Shown: positions 35,504 to 45,573, counted from the stretch's first letter. The stretch: 64,000 nt of DNA from Pseudomonadota bacterium (GCA_034190045.1 JAXHTI010000001.1:2658-66657); one strand, 5' to 3'. Translations and numbers: made by a program. Notes: generated by a model from the letters alone, not told the origin.

Positions 35504-36532
35504 ATGAATTCACACTGGTTTTCTCTTGCCCACGCCTTCGGTCACCCGGCGGTTAAAGGTTTGTTGCGACAACAACTCGACGATTTTGTGGTCGAGGAGC
35601 AGCTGGGCTTTGAACCGACCGGCGAGGGGCAGCATGTCTGGTTGTGGATCGAAAAGCGGGATCGTAATACGCAGGATATAGCGCTGGAACTGGCGCGCCA
35701 TGCCGGCATCAAACCCAATGCAGTCGGTTTTTCCGGGATGAAGGATCGCCGCGCGGTAACCCGCCAGTGGTTCAGCCTGGATCTGGCCGGCAAGGACGAA
35801 CCCGACTGGGCCGGGCTGAATGACGAGAGTCTGACACTTCTGCAGATTACCCGTCACGGTAAAAAGCTGCGCCGTGGCGTGCATAAAGCCAATCGCTTTG
35901 TCATTGCATTGCGCGCTATCCAGGGGGATAGCGACTCACTGGATGAACGGCTGGCACAAATCAGAGAAACCGGTGTTCCGAACTATTTTGGTGAACAGCG
36001 CTTCGGTCGTGACGAGGCCAATCTGACACATGCCACGCAAATGTTTGCCGGGCAACGGGTTAACAATCGTAACAAGCGCAGTATCTATCTTTCGGCGGCC
36101 CGCTCGTTTTTGTTCAACCAGTTGCTCTCACAGCGAGTGACCGAACAGAGCTGGAATCGCCCGCAGGAGGGTGATGTCATGCAGCTGGCGGGCAGTCACA
36201 GCATCTTCGTCCCGGATTCGGTCGATGAGACTATTCATCGGCGTATCAACGAGATGGATATTCATCCGACCGGGCCCTTATGGGGGCGCGGCGAACTCAA
36301 AAGCGGCGGGGCGATAAGAACACTGGAACAAAAGCTGGCCGACGACTATCCCGACTATTGCGCGGGACTGGAACAGGCGGGTCTGAAGCAGGAACGACGC
36401 AGCCTGCGCCTGGTTGTTCGGGAACTGGACTGGGTATGGGGGGAGCAGACCTTGACGCTGATATTCTCGCTGGAAACCGGCGCCTATGCCACCGCTGTTA
36501 TCCGCGAATGTGTTGATGTGACTGGAACATAA
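35504..36532 (+). CDS. truD: tRNA pseudouridine(13) synthase
   Basis: DFVVEE, GMKDRRAVTRQW, PNYFGEQRFG, SAARSFLFN, GAYATAVIRE. Confidence 0.96.
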   Translation: MNSHWFSLAHAFGHPAVKGLLRQQLDDFVVEEQLGFEPTGEGQHVWLWIEKRDRNTQDIALELARHAGIKPNAVGFSGMKDRRAVTRQWFSLDLAGKDEPDWAGLNDESLTLLQITRHGKKLRRGVHKANRFVIALRAIQGDSDSLDERLAQIRETGVPNYFGEQRFGRDEANLTHATQMFAGQRVNNRNKRSIYLSAARSFLFNQLLSQRVTEQSWNRPQEGDVMQLAGSHSIFVPDSVDETIHRRINEMDIHPTGPLWGRGELKSGGAIRTLEQKLADDYPDYCAGLEQAGLKQERRSLRLVVRELDWVWGEQTLTLIFSLETGAYATAVIRECVDVTGT

Positions 36533-36536
36533 ATTA

Positions 36537-36607
36537 TCCGCCAATGCACGCGAATTAACGCAAATTGCCTGATTAATTATTTGCGTTAATTCGCGTTCAT
36601 TAGCGGA
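36537..36607. repeat. Periodic palindrome with 10-mer units (same type as 35386)
   Basis: TCCGCCAATGCACGCGAATTAACGCAAAT ... ATTTGCGTTAATTCGCGTTCATTAGCGGA. Confidence 0.85.
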
Positions 36608-36646
36608 CCAGAAATCCCATTAAGCATTCAGTCGTATCAGCAGAAT

Positions 36647-36673
36647 GTCAGGTTGCGTCAAGCGCAACCTGAC
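36647..36673. repeat. REP-like perfect hairpin between convergent truD and MCP genes (possible terminator)
   Basis: GTCAGGTTGCG-tcaag-CGCAACCTGAC. Confidence 0.55.
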
Positions 36674-36692
36674 CTGCTCCTTCATCCAGCTT

Positions 36693-38726
36693 TCAGGAGC
36701 TGGATACCTTGAAGTTGGAGACCAGTCCCTGCAGTTCGCTGGCCAGGCGTGACAGCTCGTTGGCGGCGGTGGTGGTCTGACCGGCGCCGCTGGCGGTCTG
36801 TTCGGCCACCTGGCTGATGTTGACGATATTGCGGTTCATCTCCTCGGCCACGGCATTCTGCTCTTCGGAGGCGCTGGCGATCTGATTGTTCATGTCGCGA
36901 ATGGTGGCGACAGCCCGGGCGATGGCATCCAGCGACTGGGCGGCTTCCTTGGCCCCGTCGGCCCCGCTTTGCGCGGTTTCGCGACCGGTTTCCATCACGC
37001 TCACGGCCTGTTTGGCACCGCTTTGCAGTTTGTCGATCATCTCCTCGATTTCCGTGGTGGATTCCTGGGTGCGTTGCGCCAGGGTACGAACCTCGTCGGC
37101 CACGACCGCAAAGCCCCGGCCCTGTTCACCTGCGCGGGCAGCCTCGATGGCGGCGTTCAGGGCCAGCAGGTTGGTTTGCTCGGCAATGCCCTTGATGACA
37201 TCCAGCACGGTGCCGATGTTGTCACTGTCCTGCGCCAACTTCTCGATGACAGTCGCGGCGTTTTCCACCTCGCTGGCCAGGGCGAGAATTGTCTCGCTGG
37301 TTTTGTCCACCACCTGCTTGCCGCCCTGGGTTTCGTTGTCCGCATTGTTAGCGGCCCCGGCAGCCGATTCGGCATTACGGGCCACTTCGGCGACGGTGGA
37401 GGTCATCTCGTTCATGGCGGTGGCGACCTGTTCGGTCTCCTTGCGCTGTTGTTCGACATTGTTACTGCTGTCGTGCGCCACGGTGCTGACCTCTTCGGTG
37501 GCAGAGGCCAGCTGGGTGGCGGCACTGATGACCTGCTGAATCAACGCCTCGATCTGCTCGGCCATGTTATTAAAGCTGGCCGCGATGCTGCGCATTTCAT
37601 CCTTGCTGGTGATATTGACCCGCGCGGTCAAATCGCCGCCGGCCAGGTGAGAGGCGGCCTCGTCGACCCGGCGGATGTTATCCACCACGGACAGATAGAG
37701 TCCGGCAAAGACATAGAAAACGGCCAACAGCACCACCACCACGGTGGCAATCGCCGTAAATTCGATCTGTCTGTCTTTCTGGATGCGCGAGACAAACAGT
37801 CCATCCAGTACCGGCACGATGGCATCGTAGAGCGCGTAGGATTTATCGATGGCATCGGTGGCACGATTGAAGACGGTTTGACTGTCGATGGTGATGGTGT
37901 CCTTGTTGAGCAATTCCTCATTCAACAAGTGTTCGATGCTGTCGACTGCCTGGTTGTTCTCATTAACGACTGTCTTGAGCTGCGCGGCAACTGCCGGGTT
38001 GGTTTCAAAGGCGGCATTCAGCCCGTTACGCAGGCTGTGGTTGTTGTTTTCAATTTCATTGACCAGGATCGACAACTGGATGAACTTGTCCGGCGTGAAT
38101 TGGCCGGCTGCGGCCACGCCACTGCCCACGGCGCGTGATTTGCCCATCGCCTCGGTCAGGGACAGCAACTTGCTCACCAGGGCATCCCCGAGATAATAAC
38201 TGTCCAGCACGGGGTCGAGGGTGATCTCGGAGCTGTCGGCCACCTGGCTGATCAGCGCCATGATATCGGCGACCAGCTTGGAGTGGGTCTTCAGGCTCTC
38301 GGCCGGTTGCATACCGAAGGTATTGGCCTTGATGTTCTGCCATTGGCGCTGGAGATCGGAGAGCGTGTTCCCCGTCTGCAGTTTATCACCGAGCCGGGTA
38401 TCCACCTGTTCGAGCTGGTTCAGGGCGCTGTCGACCTGATCGCGTTTTTGCATTATCTGATTGCGCAGTGATTCATCGCCATTGAGATAGGCGGCGGTGA
38501 GCCCACGGTGTTGCTGGATAAACTGAATCGGCTCACGGGCGGTCTTGATATAGGCCAGGCCGTTACGCTCGTTCTTCAAAAACGTGATTTCGTTGTCCAG
38601 GTTGGAAATGAGGATGCTGCTCAAAACGATCAACGGGATCAGCACGATGACAAAGATCAATCCGAACTTGAACGGATAACGAAACCGGTTCATCAGGAAC
38701 ACGGCAGGGCTAAACAGTGCTTTCAT
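36693..38726 (-). CDS. Methyl-accepting chemotaxis protein with NIT-like periplasmic sensor and HAMP
   Basis: Two TMs, HAMP (GGDLTARV...DEM), signalling hairpin [34 protein letters not shown]; GAAGGAG RBS before ATG 38726. Confidence 0.95.
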   Translation of the reverse strand: MKALFSPAVFLMNRFRYPFKFGLIFVIVLIPLIVLSSILISNLDNEITFLKNERNGLAYIKTAREPIQFIQQHRGLTAAYLNGDESLRNQIMQKRDQVDSALNQLEQVDTRLGDKLQTGNTLSDLQRQWQNIKANTFGMQPAESLKTHSKLVADIMALISQVADSSEITLDPVLDSYYLGDALVSKLLSLTEAMGKSRAVGSGVAAAGQFTPDKFIQLSILVNEIENNNHSLRNGLNAAFETNPAVAAQLKTVVNENNQAVDSIEHLLNEELLNKDTITIDSQTVFNRATDAIDKSYALYDAIVPVLDGLFVSRIQKDRQIEFTAIATVVVVLLAVFYVFAGLYLSVVDNIRRVDEAASHLAGGDLTARVNITSKDEMRSIAASFNNMAEQIEALIQQVISAATQLASATEEVSTVAHDSSNNVEQQRKETEQVATAMNEMTSTVAEVARNAESAAGAANNADNETQGGKQVVDKTSETILALASEVENAATVIEKLAQDSDNIGTVLDVIKGIAEQTNLLALNAAIEAARAGEQGRGFAVVADEVRTLAQRTQESTTEIEEMIDKLQSGAKQAVSVMETGRETAQSGADGAKEAAQSLDAIARAVATIRDMNNQIASASEEQNAVAEEMNRNIVNISQVAEQTASGAGQTTTAANELSRLASELQGLVSNFKVSSS

Positions 38727-38843
38727 GACAACTCCTTCATGTTTTGACGCTGTGTGGCTCCCCTGTGGCATCAGCGGGAGCGCCATGCCCTGGCTGGTCA
38801 TTGACCGGCTGTGGCAGTTCAGCTCAGGTTTATTCTGGAGTTA

Positions 38844-38870
38844 TTAGCGGATAGAAGTTGACGATCTTTA
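38844..38870 (-). promoter_or_regulatory. Putative sigma28 (FliA) promoter of the MCP gene
   Basis: Minus strand TAAA-N15-TCCGCTAA versus consensus TAAA-N15-GCCGATAA. Confidence 0.5.
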
Positions 38871-38901
38871 GGGGTTTTTAACCCTGCCATATAAAAGGTA
38901 T

Positions 38902-39444
38902 TCAGGCCCGCTTGAGCAGCAGGTAGATGGCGCCGGTGCCCCCGTCGACCGGGCGGGCGGAGCAGAAGGCCAGCACCTCGTCGCGCTGTTGCAGCCAGTG
39001 GTTGACGTACTGTTTGAGCACGGGCCGTTTTTGCTGGGAGCCGTGGCCCTTGCCGTGGATGATGCGCACGCAGCGGACCCGGTTTCGCCGGCACTCAGCC
39101 AGAAAGCCGACCACCGCCTCGCGGGCCTGCTCACGAAACAGGCCGTGCAGGTCCAGCTCGGCCTCGATCGCCAGCTCACCCCGGCGCAGTTTCTTGATCA
39201 GCTTGTGCTGCAGGCCACCCCGGATAAACAGCAGCTCCTCGCCGGTTTCCAGATCCTCGGGATGCACCGGATCGGAGAGCATTTCCTGCAGCACGGCGGC
39301 CTCGTCCAGCTCACGTTGGCGAGGTCGGGGTGCCGGTTTACGCCGCGGCGGCTCATGGCGTGGTTCGGCCTGTAACGGACGGACATCCTGCACGGCCTCG
39401 CGGAACAGATCCTGTTCCTCTTTGCTGGGGGTTTTCTTGCTCAT
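38902..39444 (-). CDS. Smr/MutS2-domain endonuclease
   Basis: ELDLHGL, CVRIIHGKGHGS, FCSARPVDGGTGA. Confidence 0.92.
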   Translation of the reverse strand: MSKKTPSKEEQDLFREAVQDVRPLQAEPRHEPPRRKPAPRPRQRELDEAAVLQEMLSDPVHPEDLETGEELLFIRGGLQHKLIKKLRRGELAIEAELDLHGLFREQAREAVVGFLAECRRNRVRCVRIIHGKGHGSQQKRPVLKQYVNHWLQQRDEVLAFCSARPVDGGTGAIYLLLKRA

Positions 39445-39600
39445 GAATAATTGTTTGCGAGGTCGCCGGTTGCCGAGGATCCGCCCGCGTACTGGCGTGT
39501 TCAGGAAAATGTAGGCGGGATCGCGCTTATCCGGTATAGTAGGGCCAAATTTACCGCCTATTCAACCACTTCCAACCAAGATGTGAGTTTCTGCAACAAC

Positions 39601-40359
39601 ATGCGGATACTGTTGAGTAATGATGATGGCTATGAAGCCCCGGGAATTAACACCCTGGCCGAGGCCCTGCAGGATATCGCCGAGATTACCATCGTGGCGC
39701 CGGAGCGGGATCGCAGCGGTGCCAGCAACTCCCTGACCCTGGAAATGCCGATCCGCGCCCGTCGCCTGGGCGAGAACCTGATCCGGGTCGACGGCACGCC
39801 CACCGATTGTGTCCATCTGGCGATCACCGGTCTGCTGGATCATGAACCGGATATGGTCATCTCCGGTATCAATGCCGGCGCCAACATGGGCGACGACGTG
39901 CTCTATTCGGGTACCGTGGCCGCGGCCATGGAAGGGCGCTTTCTCGGCCTGCCGGCGGTGGCGGTGTCGCTGGCGGGCAGCGGTCACCGCTTCACCCATT
40001 ACGAGGCTGCCGCCCGGGTGGCGCGCCAGTTCATCGACCGCCTGGCCAGCGATCCACTGCCGCAGGACACCATATTGAATATCAACGTGCCGGATATGCC
40101 GTTCGAGGAATTGTCGGGTTATCAGGCCACCCGCCTGGGCCACCGGCACAAGGCCGAGCCGGTGATCAAGGCCGAGGATCCCCGCGGTCGGGATATCTAC
40201 TGGGTGGGGCCGCCGGGGGCCGAACAGGATGCCGGGCCGGGCACCGATTTTTACGCGGTGCGCAACGGCTATGTCTCCGTGACGCCCATCCAGATCGACC
40301 TGACCCGTCATCAGAGCCTGCAGTCGGTGGCCGACTGGCTGGCGAAGTGGGGCGCATGA
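39601..40359 (+). CDS. surE: 5'/3'-nucleotidase SurE
   Basis: [43 protein letters not shown]. Confidence 0.97.
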   Translation: MRILLSNDDGYEAPGINTLAEALQDIAEITIVAPERDRSGASNSLTLEMPIRARRLGENLIRVDGTPTDCVHLAITGLLDHEPDMVISGINAGANMGDDVLYSGTVAAAMEGRFLGLPAVAVSLAGSGHRFTHYEAAARVARQFIDRLASDPLPQDTILNINVPDMPFEELSGYQATRLGHRHKAEPVIKAEDPRGRDIYWVGPPGAEQDAGPGTDFYAVRNGYVSVTPIQIDLTRHQSLQSVADWLAKWGA

Positions 40360-41018
40360 ATACCCGCCAGGGGATCGGCATGACCTCGCAGCGTACCCGC
40401 GATCGGCTCATCGAGCGCTTGCGGGACAAGGGCATCGCCAACGAGGCCGTGCTGGAAGTCATGCGCTCCACGCCGCGCCATCTGTTTGTTGACGAAGCGC
40501 TCGCCTCGCGTGCCTATGAAGATACTGCCCTGCCGATCGGTAACGGTCAGACTATCTCGCAACCCTATATTGTTGCGCGCATGACTGAAGTTTTGCTCGG
40601 CTCGCATCCGCCGCAGCGGGTCCTGGAAGTGGGCACCGGTTGTGGTTATCAGACCGCGATCCTGGCGCAGCTGGTGGAGGAGGTTTTCACCGTGGAGCGT
40701 ATCGCGCCGTTACAGCAGCGCGCGCGCAACCTGCTTTATGAACTGGGTCTGAACAACGTGCGCTATCAACACAGCGACGGCAACTGGGGCTGGAAAAAAC
40801 ATGCCCCCTATGATGGGATTATTGTCACCGCCGCGCCCGAAGCGGTGCCCGACGAGCTGTTACAGCAGCTGGCTGACGGTGGCCGGCTGGTGATTCCCAC
40901 CGGCGGGCAGGGTCAGGCGCAGCGCCTGCGGTTGATCACGCGCCAGGGCGATGAATTCAGCGAGACCCGGCTGGAGGCCGTGAGTTTCGTGCCGCTGGTT
41001 CAAGGAGATCTATCGTGA
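40356..41018 (+). CDS. pcm: Protein-L-isoaspartate O-methyltransferase
   Basis: [35 protein letters not shown]. Confidence 0.96.
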   Translation: MNTRQGIGMTSQRTRDRLIERLRDKGIANEAVLEVMRSTPRHLFVDEALASRAYEDTALPIGNGQTISQPYIVARMTEVLLGSHPPQRVLEVGTGCGYQTAILAQLVEEVFTVERIAPLQQRARNLLYELGLNNVRYQHSDGNWGWKKHAPYDGIIVTAAPEAVPDELLQQLADGGRLVIPTGGQGQAQRLRLITRQGDEFSETRLEAVSFVPLVQGDLS

Positions 41019-41596
41019 AACTGTTTACCGTCCTGTTCGATCGGGTGATGATCTGGTCCGCCCATCGTCGGGCGCCCGCCTATCTGGCCGGGCTCAGCTT
41101 TGCCGAATCCTCGTTTTTTCCCATTCCGCCCGATGTGATGCTGGCGCCCATGGCCCTGGCGAAACCCGAGCGCGCCTGGCAGTTGGCGTTGCTGACCACC
41201 GTCGCCTCGGTGCTCGGCGGCATACTCGGTTATCTGATTGGCATGTTTGCCTTTGAAATGATCGAACCGTTGCTGCACAGTGCCGGTTACTGGGAAAAAT
41301 ATTTGCAGACACGGGCCTGGTTTGATGAATGGGGGATCTGGGTGATTTTCATAGCCGGGTTTTCCCCAATCCCCTACAAGGTATTCACTATCACGGCCGG
41401 GGTTGTCAGCATGGTGTTTATCCCGTTTGTGATCGCTTCGGCCATCGGGCGCGGGGCGCGCTTTTTCATGGTGGCGGGGCTGATGAAGTGGGGCGGACCG
41501 GCCATGCAACATACCCTGCGCCAGTATATCGATCGGCTGGGCTGGCTGGTGATCCTGGCAGTGATTGCCGCGTACTTTGTTTTGAATAACGGATGA
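41015..41596 (+). CDS. YqaA/DedA family membrane protein
   Basis: [32 protein letters not shown]. Confidence 0.9.
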   Translation: MKLFTVLFDRVMIWSAHRRAPAYLAGLSFAESSFFPIPPDVMLAPMALAKPERAWQLALLTTVASVLGGILGYLIGMFAFEMIEPLLHSAGYWEKYLQTRAWFDEWGIWVIFIAGFSPIPYKVFTITAGVVSMVFIPFVIASAIGRGARFFMVAGLMKWGGPAMQHTLRQYIDRLGWLVILAVIAAYFVLNNG

Positions 41597-42324
41597 AACG
41601 AAGGGTTATTGGCATCGTTATGGTCGTTGTGGCACTGACCGGGTGCCGGCCTTTCGTGCATTACGATCCGGATCGTGAGCGCGGCGGCAAGGGGGCGGAG
41701 TATACCGTCAGCAAGGGCGACACCCTTTACTCCATTGCCTGGCAACACGGCCACGATTACCGCACGGTGGCGCGCTGGAACGGCATCAGTGCGCCCTATA
41801 CCATCTATCCCGGCCAGACGATCCGCATGTATCCGGGGCGCACTGCCGCCGCGCAAAGCGCGGATAACAGCGATGAAACGCCCGCCAGATCGCGCCGTCC
41901 CACCACCCGCAGTACAGCATCACCCGAACCGCCGGACGATAACCGCACACTGGGCTGGGAGTGGCCGGTCGAAGGCGAAATCGTCAACACCTTTTCGGGC
42001 AGTGATCCGGGCAAAAAAGGGCTGGATATTGCTGGCAGAATGGGGCAGGCTGTAAAGGCTGCTGCAGATGGCAAGGTGGTTTACAGCGGTAACGGTTTAC
42101 GCGGTTATGGGAACCTGATAATAATAAAACACAACACCACCTATTTCAGCGCTTACGCCTATAACAGCAAGTTGCACGTTCAGGAGAATGACTCGGTCAA
42201 ATCCGGAGAGCATATTGCTGATATGGGAAATAACGGAACGGGACCGGCGATGCTGCATTTCGAGATTCGTCGTAACGGTACACCGCAGGACCCGATCAAG
42301 TACTTGCCAAAAAAGGGGTCGTAG
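41593..42324 (+). CDS. nlpD: LysM + M23 lipoprotein NlpD
   Basis: Lipobox LTGC, LysM (GDTLYSIAW), M23 (KGLDI, YGNLIIIKH, LHFEIR); upstream of rpoS. Confidence 0.92.
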   Translation: MKRRVIGIVMVVVALTGCRPFVHYDPDRERGGKGAEYTVSKGDTLYSIAWQHGHDYRTVARWNGISAPYTIYPGQTIRMYPGRTAAAQSADNSDETPARSRRPTTRSTASPEPPDDNRTLGWEWPVEGEIVNTFSGSDPGKKGLDIAGRMGQAVKAAADGKVVYSGNGLRGYGNLIIIKHNTTYFSAYAYNSKLHVQENDSVKSGEHIADMGNNGTGPAMLHFEIRRNGTPQDPIKYLPKKGS

Positions 42325-42339
42325 TCACGGTAGTCGCCT

Positions 42340-43362
42340 ATGGCTGAGCACGGAAATGACGCAAACAAGATCAAGCGCGACACGGAAGTCGAGGAAGACC
42401 TGGATGCACTTCCGGAAGAGGATGAGAATGCGGAAGAACTGGTCATGGGGGACGATGTGGACGACGACCCGGCTGATGCCGCGCCGATCGAAGAACCGCA
42501 TCGGTATGAGCCCGGCGTGATTCCCGAAGGTCAGCTCGACGCCACCCGTTTATACCTCAGCGAAATCGGCTATTCACCGCTGCTGACGGCCGACGAAGAA
42601 AAATTCTATTCGCGCAAGGCCCTCAAGGGCGATGAAGCCGCGCGCAAGAAAATGATCGAATCCAACCTGCGCCTGGTGGTCAAGATCGCGCGGCGTTATC
42701 TCAACCGAGGCCTGGCCCTGCTGGATCTGATCGAGGAGGGCAACCTGGGCCTGATTCGCGCGGTGGAAAAATTCGACCCCGAACGCGGCTTTCGCTTCTC
42801 CACCTACGCCACCTGGTGGATCCGCCAGACCATCGAGCGGGCCATCATGAACCAGACCCGCACCATCCGCCTGCCGATCCACGTGGTCAAGGAGATCAAC
42901 ATCTACCTGCGCGCGGCGCGGCATCTGTCGCAGACCCTGGACCATGAGCCGACCACCGAAGAAATCGCCGAGATGCTCGACAAGCCGATCGACGAGGTGA
43001 AAAAAATGCTCGGCCTCAACGAGCGCATCGCCTCGGTCGACTCGCCCATGGGCCACGACGCCGACAACTCCCTGCTCGATGCCATCCCCGACGAGAACAA
43101 CAGCGATCCCGTCACCATGCTGCAGGACGACGACGTCAAGGCCAACATCGAACAGTGGCTGGCGCAGCTCAGTGAGAAACAGCGCGAAGTGGTCGAGCGC
43201 CGCTTCGGCCTGCACGGCTATGACGTGGCCACGCTGGAAGAGGTGGGTAACACCATCGGTGTCACCCGCGAGCGGGTGCGGCAGATCCAGCTCGAAGCTT
43301 TGAAGAAGCTACGCGACATCCTCGAAAAAGACGGGTTCTCCGTCGACGCCCTGTTTAAATAG
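42340..43362 (+). CDS. rpoS: RNA polymerase sigma factor RpoS
   Basis: [61 protein letters not shown]; follows nlpD. Confidence 0.96.
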   Translation: MAEHGNDANKIKRDTEVEEDLDALPEEDENAEELVMGDDVDDDPADAAPIEEPHRYEPGVIPEGQLDATRLYLSEIGYSPLLTADEEKFYSRKALKGDEAARKKMIESNLRLVVKIARRYLNRGLALLDLIEEGNLGLIRAVEKFDPERGFRFSTYATWWIRQTIERAIMNQTRTIRLPIHVVKEINIYLRAARHLSQTLDHEPTTEEIAEMLDKPIDEVKKMLGLNERIASVDSPMGHDADNSLLDAIPDENNSDPVTMLQDDDVKANIEQWLAQLSEKQREVVERRFGLHGYDVATLEEVGNTIGVTRERVRQIQLEALKKLRDILEKDGFSVDALFK

Positions 43363-43376
43363 ACTCCTTCTTTCCT

Positions 43377-43992
43377 TTATTCCCTCTCCCCCTTGGGGAC
43401 AAATCTGCCGGGAGCAGATTTGAACAGCCAACGGCTGGCCCGCAGGGTGGAGGGCAGGACGCCCGTAATAGAGGGTTAGGGAGAGGGGGAGAGAAAAGGT
43501 TAGCCCTCCGGGCTGACTGAATCTTGAAAGCGTTGATTTTCTTTTGTGGGAGGCGCTTGTAGCGGCGACTGTCTGCCGATGCCCCCTGACTATCAAAGTG
43601 ATCGCTCTGCGGGCGAGCCTGAATTTTGAAAACGGGCTCTCGCACCTCAGACTTTATTCCCGCCCCTCCAAGGGGAGGGCCAGGGAGGGGTGATCAAGCA
43701 TCTAACCCTCTCTAAATGTTCGCCCTCCGGGCGCCCTGGATCTTGAAAGCGGGCTCTCGCGCCCGCGCGGCGAGTGACTTTTTGAAGCGGCAAAAAGTCA
43801 CCAAAAACCGCTCCCGAAAGACGCCGCCGGTATAGCAATTTATCAATTGCTACACCGGTCCCCTGTGCTTCTCGCTCCAGTCGGGCTCGCCCGACGGCAC
43901 GTCCCTGTGCCGTCGAGCGAGTGGCGGCATCCCTGCCGCCACCCTGCGGGCTGTTCCTCCTTTCACTGCGATGCTCGGCGGCGTCTAACGGG
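43377..43992. mobile_element. Cluster of REP/MITE-like palindromic elements
   Basis: Two TTATTCCC..CCC..GGGGAG..GGGAG.GGG palindromes (43377-43490, interrupted by a 71-bp insert; 43654-43690), a GTGGGAG-type arm at 43546, three TGRATYTTGAAARCG copies, and a multi-hairpin element at 43774-43985. Confidence 0.7.
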
Positions 43993-44135
43993 ATAAAAAC
44001 CGGCTAGCTATAGTTAGGGAAAACCCTGATATTGCAAGAAAAATTCTTATGTCGTGCGTCGAAAAATTGGGGAATGCTTGCTAGGATTAGGGGTATCTGT
44101 ATTTTCAGGCTTTAGCCGGGGATAGGCAGACGTCT

Positions 44136-44154
44136 GTCTAAATCACTGTTAGGC
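44136..44154 (+). other. Integron attI-like recombination site (simple site)
   Basis: GTCTAAA-TCACT-GTTAGGC has the L box / 5-nt spacer / GTTRRRY layout of attI1 (CCCTAAA-ACAAA-GTTRRRY) and lies 5 nt before the first cassette ATG. Confidence 0.65.
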
Positions 44155-44159
44155 ATAAA

Positions 44160-44624
44160 ATGAATTACACCGACTTTTTGAATCAGCTAGAGAAAAATGG
44201 ATTCGAATTCATCGGTAAAGCCCTTGCGTTTAAAGAGCTTGATAATTGGGTTATTGGGTACATCGGCTTAGGTGGGAGATTTCAACAAGCTGGAACAAAA
44301 GCTTTCGTGCTTTGTGCTAGACCCAAAGACTTTGGATTCATGGATGCTCCTAAAAAGAAATATGCAACTGAACCAATGGAGTATCCATACAAACTGACTC
44401 CTGATAGCTTTAATAAAAACCTAGAATATAACTCAGAGCTATTAAGATTCGATCATGGCAGAGTTGAAACAGAGGCAGATTGGTCAAGTGTATATAAAAT
44501 ATTAAACAATGAGCTACCAGAAGCACTTAAGAAACTTGGTGTGGCTGGTTTAGTAAAACAACTCGAAAAGCTGAAAGAACCTGGGTACGTAGAAAAAATA
44601 TGGCTTGGTGAAGAAAATTCCTAA
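44160..44624 (+). CDS. Gene cassette 1, hypothetical protein (154 aa, AT-rich)
   Basis: ORF starts just after GTTAGGC and its TAA stop lies inside the R'' box (TCCTAAC) of the next attC. Confidence 0.8.
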   Translation: MNYTDFLNQLEKNGFEFIGKALAFKELDNWVIGYIGLGGRFQQAGTKAFVLCARPKDFGFMDAPKKKYATEPMEYPYKLTPDSFNKNLEYNSELLRFDHGRVETEADWSSVYKILNNELPEALKKLGVAGLVKQLEKLKEPGYVEKIWLGEENS

Positions 44625-44699
44625 CAAGGCCGTAAACTCGGACGTATTTTTCGTTCGCTACGCTCACTACAAATACGCCGGTTACGGCTGGCGTTAGCT
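44619..44699 (+). other. Integron attC site (81 bp)
   Basis: R'' TCCTAAC, L'' CGT[A]AAC[T]CGG[A]CGTATTT pairing with AAATACG-CCG-GTT-ACG, R' GTTAGCT; three extrahelical bases as in canonical attC. Confidence 0.9.
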
Positions 44700-44711
44700 G
44701 CACAAAAGAAT

Positions 44712-45299
44712 ATGTACGAAAACTTTTTAGATAATTACAGAAAATATGCTCAGGCTGAAAATACACCTGATACAGACTTATTGAATAAAATTGAACCATA
44801 TGCCAAAGGTTTCTTTGAGTTAATGGCTAGTTATGGTGGCGCTACATTTAATGAAGGATTATATAGGCTTCACTCAGTCCAAGATATTTTAAAGTGGACG
44901 CGGCTTGTAGAGGAAGAATTTACAAGCTATAAAGACAGATTCATCTGCTTCGGATACGACTGGCTTGGGAGGCATTTTGCTCTTGATAAAAGCAGAGTAG
45001 AAAACAATCAAATGCTTATTCTTCTGTTCGAGCCAGGCGCAGGTGAAGTAATGCAAATTCCTGTCAATTTCGAATCTTTTCATAATGAAGAGCTTGCAGA
45101 ATATCAAAATGAAGCACTAGCAAGTGAATTTTATAAAGAGTGGAGAAGCGCTGGGGGCGAAAACCCCTCACACCCCCAATGTATTGGTTATAAAGTTCCT
45201 CTGTTTCTAAATGGTAGTGACACAGTAGATAATTTGGAACTTTCTGACATGGAAGTATATTGGTCAATATGTGGTCAGACATTAAATGCAAACAGTTAA
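44712..45299 (+). CDS. Gene cassette 2, Tdi1-like (DUF1851-type) T6SS/polymorphic-toxin immunity protein
   Basis: YGGATFNEGLYRLH, FGYDWLGRHF, CIGYKVPLFLNGSDTVDNLELSDMEVYW motif; begins after GTTAGCT and ends in AGTTAAC. Confidence 0.7.
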   Translation: MYENFLDNYRKYAQAENTPDTDLLNKIEPYAKGFFELMASYGGATFNEGLYRLHSVQDILKWTRLVEEEFTSYKDRFICFGYDWLGRHFALDKSRVENNQMLILLFEPGAGEVMQIPVNFESFHNEELAEYQNEALASEFYKEWRSAGGENPSHPQCIGYKVPLFLNGSDTVDNLELSDMEVYWSICGQTLNANS

Positions 45300-45307
45300 C
45301 AAGCAGG
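45294..45307 (+). other. Truncated attC (R'' box only) of cassette 2
   Basis: AGTTAAC complements the cassette's GTTAGCT core except at one base and contains the stop codon; no matching L'/R' arm follows. Confidence 0.5.
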
Positions 45308-45373
45308 AATTCTGGGCACAGTATACCTATTTCCAGGACTGAGACTTGACTGAGCTTTTATATTAGAACAAAA

Positions 45374-45419
45374 GACGTGATGCAGTGGTCACGGTTTGGG
45401 CGAATGCTGTCGCGCCGTG
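45374..45419 (+). pseudogene. 46-bp fragment of the YiiD_C/thioesterase gene
   Basis: 43/46 identical to 46651-46696 and 47788-47833. Confidence 0.85.
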
Positions 45420-45477
45420 ATAGCGTGAACAAGGGGTCAGAACACTTGAATCTGAAATTCTGCTATCAGCGAGTGAT

Positions 45478-45520
45478 CTGAGCGTTTGAGCTGACTTGAA
45501 CGCCTTGAGCGCCTTGAACG
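45478..45520. repeat. Half periodic element (TTGARCG units, ~9-bp period)
   Basis: CTGAGCGT-TTGAGCTGAC-TTGAACGCC-TTGAGCGCC-TTGAACG; no facing arm. Confidence 0.5.
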
Positions 45521-45573
45521 GCACCCGAAATTAACTATCTGGGGTTTCTGGGTTTATCTTTAGGAGGTTATCT

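Noticed and set aside
38727-38900. c-di-GMP or other riboswitch in the MCP leader
   Set aside because: No GGCAAAC/GAAA-tetraloop/GCAAAG c-di-GMP-I signature or other recognisable aptamer
43363-44135. Integron integrase gene or LexA box upstream of the attI-like site
   Set aside because: No tyrosine-recombinase ORF or motif on either strand and no CTGT-N8-ACAG box recognised
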